Below are positions 52,047 through 61,799 of a DNA stretch of 64,000 bases, piece after piece. The stretch spans positions 56-64,055 of the forward strand of contig CALRGJ010000007.1 of NCBI GenBank assembly GCA_943357285.1, given 5' to 3'. This stretch comes from Candidatus Peribacteria bacterium. Lineage in GTDB: Bacteria > Patescibacteriota > Gracilibacteria > UBA1369 > LOWO2-01-FULL-3. Made by a program: the position numbers and the translations under genes. Numbering within the stretch: the first letter of the stretch is position 1; the number at the start of each line of letters is the position of its first letter. The notes under the pieces are model-generated. The model searched no databases. It was not told the origin of the DNA and saw only the letters and a program-made list of their open reading frames with translations.

Positions 52047-52111
52047 TTCTCCCCCAAGTTTTATAAATTTTACAAGACTTAGGGGAGAAGCACCAACATA
52101 GCTTTTCAAAG

Positions 52112-52140
52112 AAAAAGGCTCACTAACCCAGAGCCTTTTT
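52112..52140. terminator. Bidirectional intrinsic terminator
   Basis: AAAAAGGCTC-N9-GAGCCTTTTT between convergent units. Confidence 0.8.
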
Positions 52141-52171
52141 CACAAATCTAAATTTAAATAATCACCGTGAT

Positions 52172-53707
52172 CTATTTTCCAAGAGTCTCCTCGTAGGCTT
52201 GTGATAAAGAAGCCTTTAAAAACAGATCAGGGTTAACACTCTTTTTATCATTTTTATCTCCAACTAGAACCTGGCCACCTTCTGTTTCACCACTATAACC
52301 CAAATCTTTAGAAACTTTTATTTCGAAAGTATAATTAGCTGGTGCAGAAATAGAATGATCCTTTGAACTTTCAATCTGATAATTTCTTACTGTAACCTTA
52401 TAAGTATTATCTTCATAAGCTGCATTAGTTATAGGATCGATACCAGTAAGTGGTGTCAATTCTATGGTAGGACTAGGGTTATTTGCACCAGGATTTTTAA
52501 GTACCACGTTAGCAAGATCAGACACCATAGCTTTCAACTTATCAGCAATAGCTGCATCTAGATCTGTTTTAATTTTCATTGCATTTACGTTTTTACCCTC
52601 CACCGCCGGTCTTCCATCTGGTAAATTTACCATCTTAAAACTGTAAACGCCTGGAGATTCAAATGTTACATTTAAGCGTTTTTCACCATATTGCGCATAA
52701 ACTGTTTCACCAAATTTAGTTGGAATTCTATTAACAACAATATTTAATGAGCGAAGTTCACCCTCCATAGCAGCAAAATTTTCTTTAGGTTTTTCAATAG
52801 GTTTAGCAGGTTCAACAGGTTTAGCAGGTTCAGCAGGCTTAGCTGGTTCAGCCTTTGGTTTTACTGGTTCAACAGGTTTAGGTTTAGTCTCCTCTTTCTT
52901 CTTAGGTTCTTCTACTTTCTTTACCTTAACTTCAACAACTTTACCAAATCTATCTTTTTTTCTATTACCACTCTTTTTTGCAATTTTTAGCTTAATTTTA
53001 TAAATCACTGGAACCTCAACATCATTTCCATCAACGTCCTTGCCGATAGCGATAGTAGGATCCTCTGTAAGGTCAATATTTCCAACAGCTCTATTGAAAG
53101 ACAAAAGAAGATTGTAAGCTCCTTCTGGTCCATAAATTTCCTCTTCAGTGAATTTATTTTCTTCAATCATTTTAGCCCAGGCTGCATCTGTAAATTCAGT
53201 CATCCCCGCAATGGCAGTCATAATGGCAGTCATTCTTTCCTTTTTTTCTCCATCTTCCATTGTAGAGAAGCCATCAGCATCAATACGATCAGAGAAAGCA
53301 ACGAAATTCTGAGCTGTAGCGGCTGCGTCTTCATACCAACTTACCTTATGTTCCTTACCTTCTTTATCATTGTATTTATATGCAACCACACTTTCACGCT
53401 TAATCTTTTTATTGAAAACCGTTCTATCAACACCACCAGTCATGAAGTAGACAGCCTCTTTAGCTTTTATTTCCGGCTTTTTATCTGCAAGATATTGACC
53501 AAGCTCAAAATTTTGAGCCCACACAGATCGTGGTGCTTCAAATGGACTCTTCTCTTTGTCCTTCAAAACAACCAAGTCCTTAGAAGGATCAGCTTTTTGT
53601 CTTTCGCTAGTATATTTATCAAGGGTCTTTTTAAAATCCTCGTAAATACCATCAAGCAACCCTGCGGGGTCTTTTTCAACTTCAGGAGCATTTTTTGTTT
53701 CTGCCAT
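52172..53707 (-). CDS. Hypothetical protein with a K/P/E-rich linker
   Basis: 511 aa; KPAEPA/KPVEPA repeats separate two domains. Confidence 0.8.
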   Translation of the reverse strand: MAETKNAPEVEKDPAGLLDGIYEDFKKTLDKYTSERQKADPSKDLVVLKDKEKSPFEAPRSVWAQNFELGQYLADKKPEIKAKEAVYFMTGGVDRTVFNKKIKRESVVAYKYNDKEGKEHKVSWYEDAAATAQNFVAFSDRIDADGFSTMEDGEKKERMTAIMTAIAGMTEFTDAAWAKMIEENKFTEEEIYGPEGAYNLLLSFNRAVGNIDLTEDPTIAIGKDVDGNDVEVPVIYKIKLKIAKKSGNRKKDRFGKVVEVKVKKVEEPKKKEETKPKPVEPVKPKAEPAKPAEPAKPVEPAKPIEKPKENFAAMEGELRSLNIVVNRIPTKFGETVYAQYGEKRLNVTFESPGVYSFKMVNLPDGRPAVEGKNVNAMKIKTDLDAAIADKLKAMVSDLANVVLKNPGANNPSPTIELTPLTGIDPITNAAYEDNTYKVTVRNYQIESSKDHSISAPANYTFEIKVSKDLGYSGETEGGQVLVGDKNDKKSVNPDLFLKASLSQAYEETLGK

Positions 53708-53901
53708 AAATTTTTTGTTATTTGGTTTTTATTTGTATATATAATACCACATTTGGGCAATTTTATCAAATCGAAAGAGTCAGGAATTTAAGAAAATTTT
53801 AGGTTTGGAGAATATAAATTTGGCAGAAATAGATTTTTTGTCTAGGCGCATGAATAGAAAAAATATTTTTAAAATAATAATATAACAATCCAAACAAACT
53901 T

Positions 53902-54279
53902 ATGGCTAAGAAAAAAATACAACTAGAAGCAAAAGTGGATCAGATTCTAAATAAGATTGATACCATGGATAAGAAATTTGACACCATGGATCAGAAATTC
54001 GATGCTATAGATCAAAGATTCGATTCCATGGACAAGAGAATCGATCACGTCCTAGTTTATGTACAGGAGGAATTTGATACGGTACATCAAAGGTTTGATA
54101 GTATGCTCAGCAAAAAAGAGTTTTACGAGTGGACATACAGATACGACGACCTTCTGCAAGAAATGCGTGACGCACGCCAAAATCGTCTACTATTTGAAAA
54201 ACAATTTGTGGATCTCGATGACACGGTAGCCCAGCACGAAAATAGAATTAAGAAACTCGAGCACAAATCTAAAGCTTAA
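53902..54279 (+). CDS. Small coiled-coil protein with heptad repeats
   Basis: DTMDKKF-DTMDQKF-DAIDQRF-DSMDKRI. Confidence 0.8.
   Translation: MAKKKIQLEAKVDQILNKIDTMDKKFDTMDQKFDAIDQRFDSMDKRIDHVLVYVQEEFDTVHQRFDSMLSKKEFYEWTYRYDDLLQEMRDARQNRLLFEKQFVDLDDTVAQHENRIKKLEHKSKA
53959..54042 (+). repeat. Four degenerate 21-bp coding tandem repeats
   Basis: GATACCATGGATAAGAAATTT / GACACCATGGATCAGAAATTC / GATGCTATAGATCAAAGATTC / GATTCCATGGACAAGAGAATC. Confidence 0.7.
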
Positions 54280-55148
54280 TTATTCAAATACGTCTCAACC
54301 GCCTCGATCCACGACCTCATGGCAGGCATTTTTGAGTTCAAAAGAATTGAAAAATTAGGTCGCTTCGCCGGTCTAGGAAATTCAGCAGTTGTTACCGGTA
54401 AAACTTTCACTTCCATCTTTTTTATCTCAAAAATCTTCTTCGCAAAGTCATACCAACTGCACACGCCAGAATTAGTCAGATGATAAATTCCAAAAGGCAA
54501 AGGTTTGCCGTCCTCCAAAGGTTCTACAATCTGGCCAATTACCGCATTCACTAAATCATGAGTATAAGTAGGGGAACCAATTTGATCATTTACCACCTTC
54601 ATCTCTGTTCCATTTTGTATGGCCGCTGCACCGTACTTCAACATAGTATCAACGAAATTCTTTCCATTTTTTCCAAATAGCCAAGAAGTGCGCACTATAT
54701 AATATTTTCCCATACTCTCATTAATCAATTTTTCTCCGGCCAATTTTGATTCACCATAGACATTTATCGGAGCGACAGCATCACCCTCCACATATCCAGC
54801 AGACTTCATTCCATCAAAAACATAATCCGTGCTGAAATGAATCAGCGCCGCATCAATTTCCTTACAAAATTTTGCAACATTTCCCACCGCTTCCGCATTA
54901 AGCCTAAAAGCTGCATCTCTGTTCTTTTCCGCATCATCTACTGCAGTATAAGCCGTGCAATTTATTACCAAATCCGGCTTTATTTCCAAAAACTTCTCTC
55001 TCAATTTCACCGCATCAGTGATATCCAAATCCGCATGCCCATAGGCATGCAAATTCAAACCCACCATCCCCACAAAAAAATCCATGAAGCATGAGCCAAG
55101 CATGCCAGACTTACCCAGAAGCATAATTTTAATACGTGGATTTTCCAT
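54276..55148 (-). CDS. rmlD: dTDP-4-dehydrorhamnose reductase
   Basis: G.SGMLG, NCTAYTAVD.AE, STDYVFDG, YGESKLAGE, DQIGSPT, RPAKRP; start set at MENPRIK. Confidence 0.95.
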   Translation of the reverse strand: MENPRIKIMLLGKSGMLGSCFMDFFVGMVGLNLHAYGHADLDITDAVKLREKFLEIKPDLVINCTAYTAVDDAEKNRDAAFRLNAEAVGNVAKFCKEIDAALIHFSTDYVFDGMKSAGYVEGDAVAPINVYGESKLAGEKLINESMGKYYIVRTSWLFGKNGKNFVDTMLKYGAAAIQNGTEMKVVNDQIGSPTYTHDLVNAVIGQIVEPLEDGKPLPFGIYHLTNSGVCSWYDFAKKIFEIKKMEVKVLPVTTAEFPRPAKRPNFSILLNSKMPAMRSWIEAVETYLNN

Positions 55149-55156
55149 CGAAAGGA

Positions 55157-56860
55157 TTAGGCAGCTAAAAACTTCGCGATTTCTTTTTTCAAATCTTTTA
55201 ACTCCACAATTTTCGCATCCTTTTCGCTTCTTGCTTTCCATTCCACGCTCTCTTTCTCAAGCGTACGTGAACTGATTACAATTCTCAAAGGAATACCAAT
55301 TAAATCAGCATCGTTTAATTTCACGCCGGCGCTATCATCTCTATCGTCATAAAGAACTTCCACACCTTCTTCCAATAATTCTTCGTAGAGTGCATCAGCT
55401 CTCTTTACAACGCTTTCATCCTTGCCGAGCACAACTAACTCAACCGTGAAAGGTGCGACCGCCTTAGGCCAAATAATACCCTTATCATCATGAGAAGATT
55501 CTACGATTCCGGCAATAAGACGAGTGATACCAATTCCATAACAACCCATTACTAGTGGTTTGCTCTTACCGTCATTATCTACGTAGTTTGCTTTCATCCA
55601 TTCAGAATAACAAGTTCCAAGTTTAAATACATGACCCATCTCAATAGAATTCTTCACTGCGAGTTTTCCTTTGCCACAAGCGGCACAAGTGTCGCCCTCA
55701 TTTGCTTCACGAATGTCCGCAAACTCAGGAGTAGGGAAGTCTCTATCGAAATTTACATTCACATTATGGCTATGCAATTCATTCGCACCAGCCTCAAAAT
55801 TTATACGATCTTTACAGCTCAAATCCGCCACCACTCTCACGTTTGCAGGCAAATTCACCGGACCTACATAACCTACCTCAGTACCTGTAACTTTCTTCAC
55901 CATATCAGGTGAAACTAAATTCAAATTTTTGCAGCCTAGATAATTGCGAAGTTTTGTCTCGCTCACATGGTAATCACCACGCATCATCACCGCCACCACA
56001 TCTTTATCAGCTTGGAAAAGTAGAGTCATAGTAGTGCTATGAACTGGCACGCCAAGATGCGCCGCCAAAGCCTCCACTCCAATAATTCCTTCACCGGCCA
56101 CTTTAGCCATCGGCTTCATTTCCTTATCTTGTTCTTGTGCTTCAAATTTAGATTCAGCTTTCTCAATGTTTGCTTTGTAATCACAACTATCACAAATCAT
56201 AATTTTATCTTCACCCACGTCAGAAATTACCCCAAACTCTTGAGAATCAGACCCACCCATAGTTCCGCTATCAGCTTTTACAACCACCACATCAATTCCA
56301 ATACGGTCAAAAATTGCATGGTAGGCAGCCACCATTTTATCGAAACTAATATCAAGACCTGCTTTATCTCTATCGAAACTATAAGCATCTTGCATTAAGA
56401 ATTCACGAGTACGAAGAAGTCCACCAGTCGCTCTAATCTCATCACGATATTTCCATTGATTTTGATTCAAAGTCACCGGCAAATCTTTGTAAGTACGAAT
56501 GTATTTACGAGCAAGGTCAGTCACAGTTTCCTCATGTGTAGGCGCAAGAACGCAATCTGTTCCACGAGCAGAAGTAAACTTTAGCAGCACATCCACTTTG
56601 TCATAACGACCAGTCTCTTTCCAAAGAGAAGCCGGATGAACAAGCGGCATCAATAAATGTTGAACTCCTTTCTTTGCGAGCTCTTCTTTAATAATTTTAT
56701 CAATTTTTGTAAGCACATTGAAACCAAGCGGCAAAAATTCATAAAGACCTGCAGCCAACTGATGAACAAAGCCACCACGCTGAAGATATTTGTGACTTAC
56801 GGCCACAGCTTCCTTTGGAGTTTCTTTCTGAGTCTTACCGAAAAATTTTGAGTAACGCAT
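55157..56860 (-). CDS. proS: Proline--tRNA ligase (bacterial type with INS domain)
   Basis: LWKETGRY, LAPTHEE, KYRDEIR..GGLLRTREFLMQDAYSF, MGCYGIG..R. Confidence 0.98.
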   Translation of the reverse strand: MRYSKFFGKTQKETPKEAVAVSHKYLQRGGFVHQLAAGLYEFLPLGFNVLTKIDKIIKEELAKKGVQHLLMPLVHPASLWKETGRYDKVDVLLKFTSARGTDCVLAPTHEETVTDLARKYIRTYKDLPVTLNQNQWKYRDEIRATGGLLRTREFLMQDAYSFDRDKAGLDISFDKMVAAYHAIFDRIGIDVVVVKADSGTMGGSDSQEFGVISDVGEDKIMICDSCDYKANIEKAESKFEAQEQDKEMKPMAKVAGEGIIGVEALAAHLGVPVHSTTMTLLFQADKDVVAVMMRGDYHVSETKLRNYLGCKNLNLVSPDMVKKVTGTEVGYVGPVNLPANVRVVADLSCKDRINFEAGANELHSHNVNVNFDRDFPTPEFADIREANEGDTCAACGKGKLAVKNSIEMGHVFKLGTCYSEWMKANYVDNDGKSKPLVMGCYGIGITRLIAGIVESSHDDKGIIWPKAVAPFTVELVVLGKDESVVKRADALYEELLEEGVEVLYDDRDDSAGVKLNDADLIGIPLRIVISSRTLEKESVEWKARSEKDAKIVELKDLKKEIAKFLAA

Positions 56861-56861
56861 A

Positions 56862-57893
56862 TTATCTGCTTGTTGTTAATGGGGTCTTGCTGACCACTTT
56901 ATGTTTTCTCTCTTCTATTTTTGACATTAGTTTTTCCGCCCATTCTTTATGAGCTTGGTACCAGTCAAAAGTTTTTTGAATACCTTCTGTAAAATTCACA
57001 GATGGTTTCCAACCTAATTCATTTTGTATTTTAGTTGAATCAATTGCATAGCGTCTATCATGAGCACGTCTGTCATCCACATAAGTGATAAGGCTCTCAT
57101 CCTTGCCCAAAAACTCTAGTAAGAATTTAGTGATTTGCAGATTAGTTCTCTCATTATTTCCACCAATATTATAAGCATCTCCAATTTTTCCTTTTTCAAG
57201 AATCATATCAATCGCACGGCAGTGATCAATCACATACAACCAATCGCGAACATTTTTTCCATCACCATATACTGGCACCGGTTTATTCTCAGAAATTAGA
57301 CGGAAGAAATAGGGAACTAGCTTTTCTGGGAATTGATAAGGTCCATAATTATTACTGCAACGACTAATAGTCACCGGCATTTCATAAGTTTCAAAATAAC
57401 TGCGAACCAAGAGATCAGCAGATGCTTTCGAAGCAGCATAAGGACAGTTTGGAGAGATAGGTGTGTGTTCGGTAAATAAATCCGTCGTATCAGTACCGAG
57501 ATCACCATAAACCTCATCTGTCGAAACTTGATGATATCTCTTCACGCCATTGAGACGCGCCGCCTCCAATAAATTATGAGTACCAACAATATTAGTCTGC
57601 ACGAAAATCGAAGGACCAGTAATGCTTCTATCTACATGAGTCTCAGCGGCAAAATTCACCACAGTATCAAATTTCTCTTTCGCAAAAAGGTCTTCCACAA
57701 AAGCTTTATCGGCAATGTCTCCTTGGACGAAATGAAAACGCGCCTCTTTCAAAAGCTCAGAAATATTATCGAGATTTCCTGCGTAAGTCAGTTTATCTAA
57801 AACATAAATCTCATCCTGGGAATGATTTTCAAAACGATAATGGGCGTAATTGCTGCCGATAAATCCGGCGCCGCCTGTAATTAATATTTTCAT
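56862..57893 (-). CDS. rmlB: dTDP-glucose 4,6-dehydratase
   Basis: TGGAGFIGSN, DKLTYAGN, FAAETHVDRSI, STDEVYG, NNYGPYQFPEK. Confidence 0.97.
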   Translation of the reverse strand: MKILITGGAGFIGSNYAHYRFENHSQDEIYVLDKLTYAGNLDNISELLKEARFHFVQGDIADKAFVEDLFAKEKFDTVVNFAAETHVDRSITGPSIFVQTNIVGTHNLLEAARLNGVKRYHQVSTDEVYGDLGTDTTDLFTEHTPISPNCPYAASKASADLLVRSYFETYEMPVTISRCSNNYGPYQFPEKLVPYFFRLISENKPVPVYGDGKNVRDWLYVIDHCRAIDMILEKGKIGDAYNIGGNNERTNLQITKFLLEFLGKDESLITYVDDRRAHDRRYAIDSTKIQNELGWKPSVNFTEGIQKTFDWYQAHKEWAEKLMSKIEERKHKVVSKTPLTTSR

Positions 57894-58294
57894 TTTGCTT
57901 CTTTAATAAATTGATCTAAATCATAAATATAATCTGTCGGAACATAGTTTACTGAAGAAATTGCCATCAGTACAGCATCAGGAGAAAAATCATAAAAATC
58001 ACGGAAACACATGCCGTTCATTAGAATCGCATCGTCAGGTCCGGACAAAGAAAACTCATTCCATTTCTCACCATCGTGAAGACGAGCTTTGATTGTACCT
58101 TTCTGACAAATGTACATTTTTTTCTCATGACGTACGGCATGCCCACCGCGCGGCTTCGTCACATCAGTAAGATAATAAACGCGCTCCACTTTCCAATCCA
58201 CATAGTCTTTAATCTCAATCGCCGTCAAAACGCCGCGCTCATCCGTAAAGCTCTTTAACTTTATTTGCTGAACTTTTGCGCTAGCGTCACTCAT
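57890..58294 (-). CDS. FdtA/QdtA (WxcM-like) sugar 3,4-ketoisomerase cupin
   Basis: DERGVL, RVYY, RGGHA, DAVLM, DYIYD. Confidence 0.85.
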   Translation of the reverse strand: MSDASAKVQQIKLKSFTDERGVLTAIEIKDYVDWKVERVYYLTDVTKPRGGHAVRHEKKMYICQKGTIKARLHDGEKWNEFSLSGPDDAILMNGMCFRDFYDFSPDAVLMAISSVNYVPTDYIYDLDQFIKEAK

Positions 58295-58305
58295 TCAAAA
58301 TTAAT

Positions 58306-60480
58306 TTAAAGTTTTCTTTCACGTTTCTCCTCTCTGTAAGCCTCGAAAATATCTCCTTCACGCACATCTAGATCGCCGGTAAATCTAATACCGCACTCAT
58401 TTCCTTCTTTTACTTCATGGATTTGTTCATCCACTTTACGTAGAGAATCAATCACACCCTTGCCCACGATATTATCCTCATCAGCGGCAGTAACACCTCT
58501 GATAATTCTGATTCTTGCTTTCACTACCAATTTTCCAGAGAGCACACGTGCTCCAAGAATTACTTCTTTTTTCTTTGTTAAGAAAATCTGTTTAATCTGC
58601 GCTCTTCCTAGAGTTACAGACACCACCTCAGGCTCAAGCAATCCAGTCAAAATCTTGCTAATATTCTCAAGCAAGTCATAAATAATTGTATATTTTTTCA
58701 CTTCCACTCTTTCTCTTTCAGCAGTTCTAATTACATTCGCAGAATCATAATCAGTATGGAAAGCCACGATCATACCTTTGCTCGCTGCCGCCATCATCAC
58801 ATCAGAATCAGAAATCAAACCAACTCCGCTGTGGATAATCTTCACCGCAACTTCGTCATTCTTAATCTTCGCGATAGATTGTTTAATAGCTTCAAGAGAT
58901 CCCTTAGTATCAGCCTTGATAATAATTTTGAGAACTTTTTCTGCCTTCACTTGAGAAATCAACTGATTAGAAGCAGACATTTGCTCTTCCGTCTGAGTCT
59001 TATTCAACAATTTAATTTGTTCAGCTCTAGCACGTCCCACTCTTTCATCTTTTACTACCTGTAAAATATCTCCACTCTTTGGTGTCTCACTAAGACCGGC
59101 AATGCGTACAGGAGTAGATGGACCAGCAACTGTAATATGTTTACCTGTATGGTCACGCATCAATTTGATACGACCATAAGTACTTCCCACAATCACGTTA
59201 TCAGATAATTTAAGAGTACCCGTATTTATGAGCACCGTAGCAATAGGACCCAAATTATGATCAAGATTAGATTCAATTACTGTACCAATAGCCTCACGAT
59301 CTGGATTCGCTTTCAAATTCAACATTTCTGCCGTCAAAAGAATCATATCTAGTAATGTATCAATACCTGTCTTCGCCACAGCAGAAACTGGCACTACCAC
59401 AGTAGTTCCACCCCATTCCTCAGGCTGAAGTCCATGTTCACTCAATTCTCCTTTTACACGTTCCGGATTAGCATCAGGCTTATCCATTTTATTCAAAGCA
59501 ACGATAATTGGCACACCAGCATCCTTAGCATGATTCAAAGCCTCAATAGTTTGAGGTTTCATACCTTCATCAGCCGCTACCACCAAGATCGCAATATCTG
59601 TAACTTTAGCACCACGAGCTCTCATCGCTGTAAACGCTTCATGACCAGGAGTATCCAAGAAAGTAATCAATTTTCCTTTCTTAATAACCTGATAAGCACC
59701 AATGTGCTGAGTAATACCACCGGATTCACCGGCAACTACATTTGTCTCACGAATTGAATCAAGCAATTTCGTCTTACCATGATCTACGTGTCCCATTACA
59801 CAAACAACCGGAGGACGTTCTTTCAAAGTCGCAGAATCATCTTCTTTTACTAAGTTTGAAATATCTCCACTCATTAACTCTTGAGCATCAGCAATTTCTC
59901 TGATTCTCTTGAGCTTTACGCCCATATCGTCAGCAATAATTTGAGCCGTATCAAAATCAATTAACTGATTAATGTTCGCCAAAATTCCATTTTTCATCAA
60001 TTCTCCAATAATCTTCGCTACCTTAATACCAGTTTTCTCCGCAAACTCTTTTACGGAAATAGTTTCTGGAATTCCAATAGGACCACTAGGAGCAACAACC
60101 GGAGTATAAGTTCTATGTTCAGGCTTTTTATCTTTTCCAGTATCTTTACCGGCAGTTTTTTTACGCTGACTTTTTACAATTTCTCTTTCACGTTCTTCAG
60201 AAATCATTTCATCATAAATTCCAGCAATATCATCAGGACCTTTTTCTGCATCAATCAATGGTTCATCCACAATTTCTTCTTTTGCTACAGGCTTTGCAGC
60301 CACTTTTACTTCTTTCACTTCTGGTTTAGCTTTCAATTCATCTTCCACCAAAGTCGCGATATCATCTTCAATCACGCGCGCTCTCGGAGCTACTTCTACT
60401 CCAAGCTTCGCGAGCTTCTCTTTTAGTTCTTTTGTACTAATTCCTAACTTTTCAGCCAAATCGGCAATTTTTGTGGACAT
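58306..60480 (-). CDS. infB: Translation initiation factor IF-2
   Basis: RPPVV.VMGHVDHGKT, GGITQHIGAY, DTPGHEAF, NKMD. Confidence 0.99.
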   Translation of the reverse strand: MSTKIADLAEKLGISTKELKEKLAKLGVEVAPRARVIEDDIATLVEDELKAKPEVKEVKVAAKPVAKEEIVDEPLIDAEKGPDDIAGIYDEMISEEREREIVKSQRKKTAGKDTGKDKKPEHRTYTPVVAPSGPIGIPETISVKEFAEKTGIKVAKIIGELMKNGILANINQLIDFDTAQIIADDMGVKLKRIREIADAQELMSGDISNLVKEDDSATLKERPPVVCVMGHVDHGKTKLLDSIRETNVVAGESGGITQHIGAYQVIKKGKLITFLDTPGHEAFTAMRARGAKVTDIAILVVAADEGMKPQTIEALNHAKDAGVPIIVALNKMDKPDANPERVKGELSEHGLQPEEWGGTTVVVPVSAVAKTGIDTLLDMILLTAEMLNLKANPDREAIGTVIESNLDHNLGPIATVLINTGTLKLSDNVIVGSTYGRIKLMRDHTGKHITVAGPSTPVRIAGLSETPKSGDILQVVKDERVGRARAEQIKLLNKTQTEEQMSASNQLISQVKAEKVLKIIIKADTKGSLEAIKQSIAKIKNDEVAVKIIHSGVGLISDSDVMMAAASKGMIVAFHTDYDSANVIRTAERERVEVKKYTIIYDLLENISKILTGLLEPEVVSVTLGRAQIKQIFLTKKKEVILGARVLSGKLVVKARIRIIRGVTAADEDNIVGKGVIDSLRKVDEQIHEVKEGNECGIRFTGDLDVREGDIFEAYREEKRERKL

Positions 60481-60589
60481 TGATGAATATAAGTAAACAC
60501 AATAAAAAACGTTTGAAGTCTACGCAAAAACAGTTTCAAAGTAAAGGAGAGTTAGTGTATTTTCATTAATACATAATCCCTACAATTCC

Positions 60590-61696
60590 ATGGAAAATTT
60601 AATTATCGTCATAGGTATAGGCATTCTCGCTGCCCTTATCTATATGATCTACAAACAGCAAGGTGGGAAAATCGCCCCAGACGAGCAAGAGAATAAGATG
60701 CTTTTTGAGTATATTGAGTCACTTCGCAAGGAAATTCGCGAAGGACAACACATCAATCGCCGTGAGACCGATGATAAACTCGATAAAATCCACGAAAGAT
60801 TAGCCAAAGGACTAGAACATTCCTCCACGACTTCCCAGAAACAATACGAGCAAAGCGTGAAATTAATCACTGACGTTACCGAAAGACTTACAAAATTGGA
60901 CGAGACCAATAAACAAGTACTAAGTTTTTCCGAACAAATGCAAAATCTCGAAGACATTCTCAAGAATCCTAAGCAAAGAGGTATTCTTGGGGAATATTAT
61001 CTCGAAACTCTTTTGAAGAATGTTCTCCCAACCGGATCTTTCCAGATGCAATATCCATTTAAGGATGGAACTATCGTTGATGCTGTGGTTTTTGTGAAAG
61101 AGAAGGTGATCCCAATTGATTCCAAATTTTCTCTCGAAAATTATAATCGCTTAGTGGCCGAAAAAGATCCTGTCGAACACGCTAAATTAGAAAAACTTTT
61201 CAAAGCCGATCTCAAAAATCGTATCGATGAGACTGCAAAGTACGTGAAGCCGTCAGAGGGGACTATGGATTTCGCTTTTATGTTTATTCCACATGAAGCA
61301 ATTTATTATGATTTATTAGTATCCCAGGTCGGTGCGCTCAAGGTAAATACTCGCGACCTTATCGAATATGCGTTCAAAGAAAGACACGTGATTATTGTGT
61401 CTCCTACTTCTTTCTTGGCTTATTTGCAGACAGTGCTCCAAGGCCTCAAGGCTCTCCAAATCGAAGAATCTGCTAAGGAAATTCGCAAGAATGTAGAACA
61501 GCTCGGCAAACACGTCTTGAGCTACGAAGAATATTTGCAAAAACTCGGCGGCCATCTCGGCACGACAGTAAATATGTACAACTCTGCTTACAAAGAATTC
61601 CGCAAAATTGACAAAGACATTTTCCGCATCACTGATGGCGACGTCGGCGGCAAGGCCGAGGCATTACTTATAGACAAACCATCCCTCGAAGGATAA
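60590..61696 (+). CDS. rmuC: DNA recombination protein RmuC
   Basis: N-terminal TM, coiled coil, K.RG.LGE..LE, IPIDSKF, T.DFAFMFIP.E, VSPT. Confidence 0.93.
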   Translation: MENLIIVIGIGILAALIYMIYKQQGGKIAPDEQENKMLFEYIESLRKEIREGQHINRRETDDKLDKIHERLAKGLEHSSTTSQKQYEQSVKLITDVTERLTKLDETNKQVLSFSEQMQNLEDILKNPKQRGILGEYYLETLLKNVLPTGSFQMQYPFKDGTIVDAVVFVKEKVIPIDSKFSLENYNRLVAEKDPVEHAKLEKLFKADLKNRIDETAKYVKPSEGTMDFAFMFIPHEAIYYDLLVSQVGALKVNTRDLIEYAFKERHVIIVSPTSFLAYLQTVLQGLKALQIEESAKEIRKNVEQLGKHVLSYEEYLQKLGGHLGTTVNMYNSAYKEFRKIDKDIFRITDGDVGGKAEALLIDKPSLEG

Positions 61697-61799
61697 CCGG
61701 GCGCTTGCGCTCTAATATCAAAAAAAGAAAAACAAATTTTCTTGCATCAAATCATCCTGGTGGAATAGTATATAAAAGTTAAATTTTTAATTCAATCCC

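Noticed and set aside
49862-52057. Overlapping alternative-frame and antisense ORFs in the GC-rich gene
   Set aside because: Expected stop-codon depletion at high GC; no recognisable motifs
53959-54042. CRISPR-like periodic repeat
   Set aside because: Contiguous 21-bp coding heptads with no spacers
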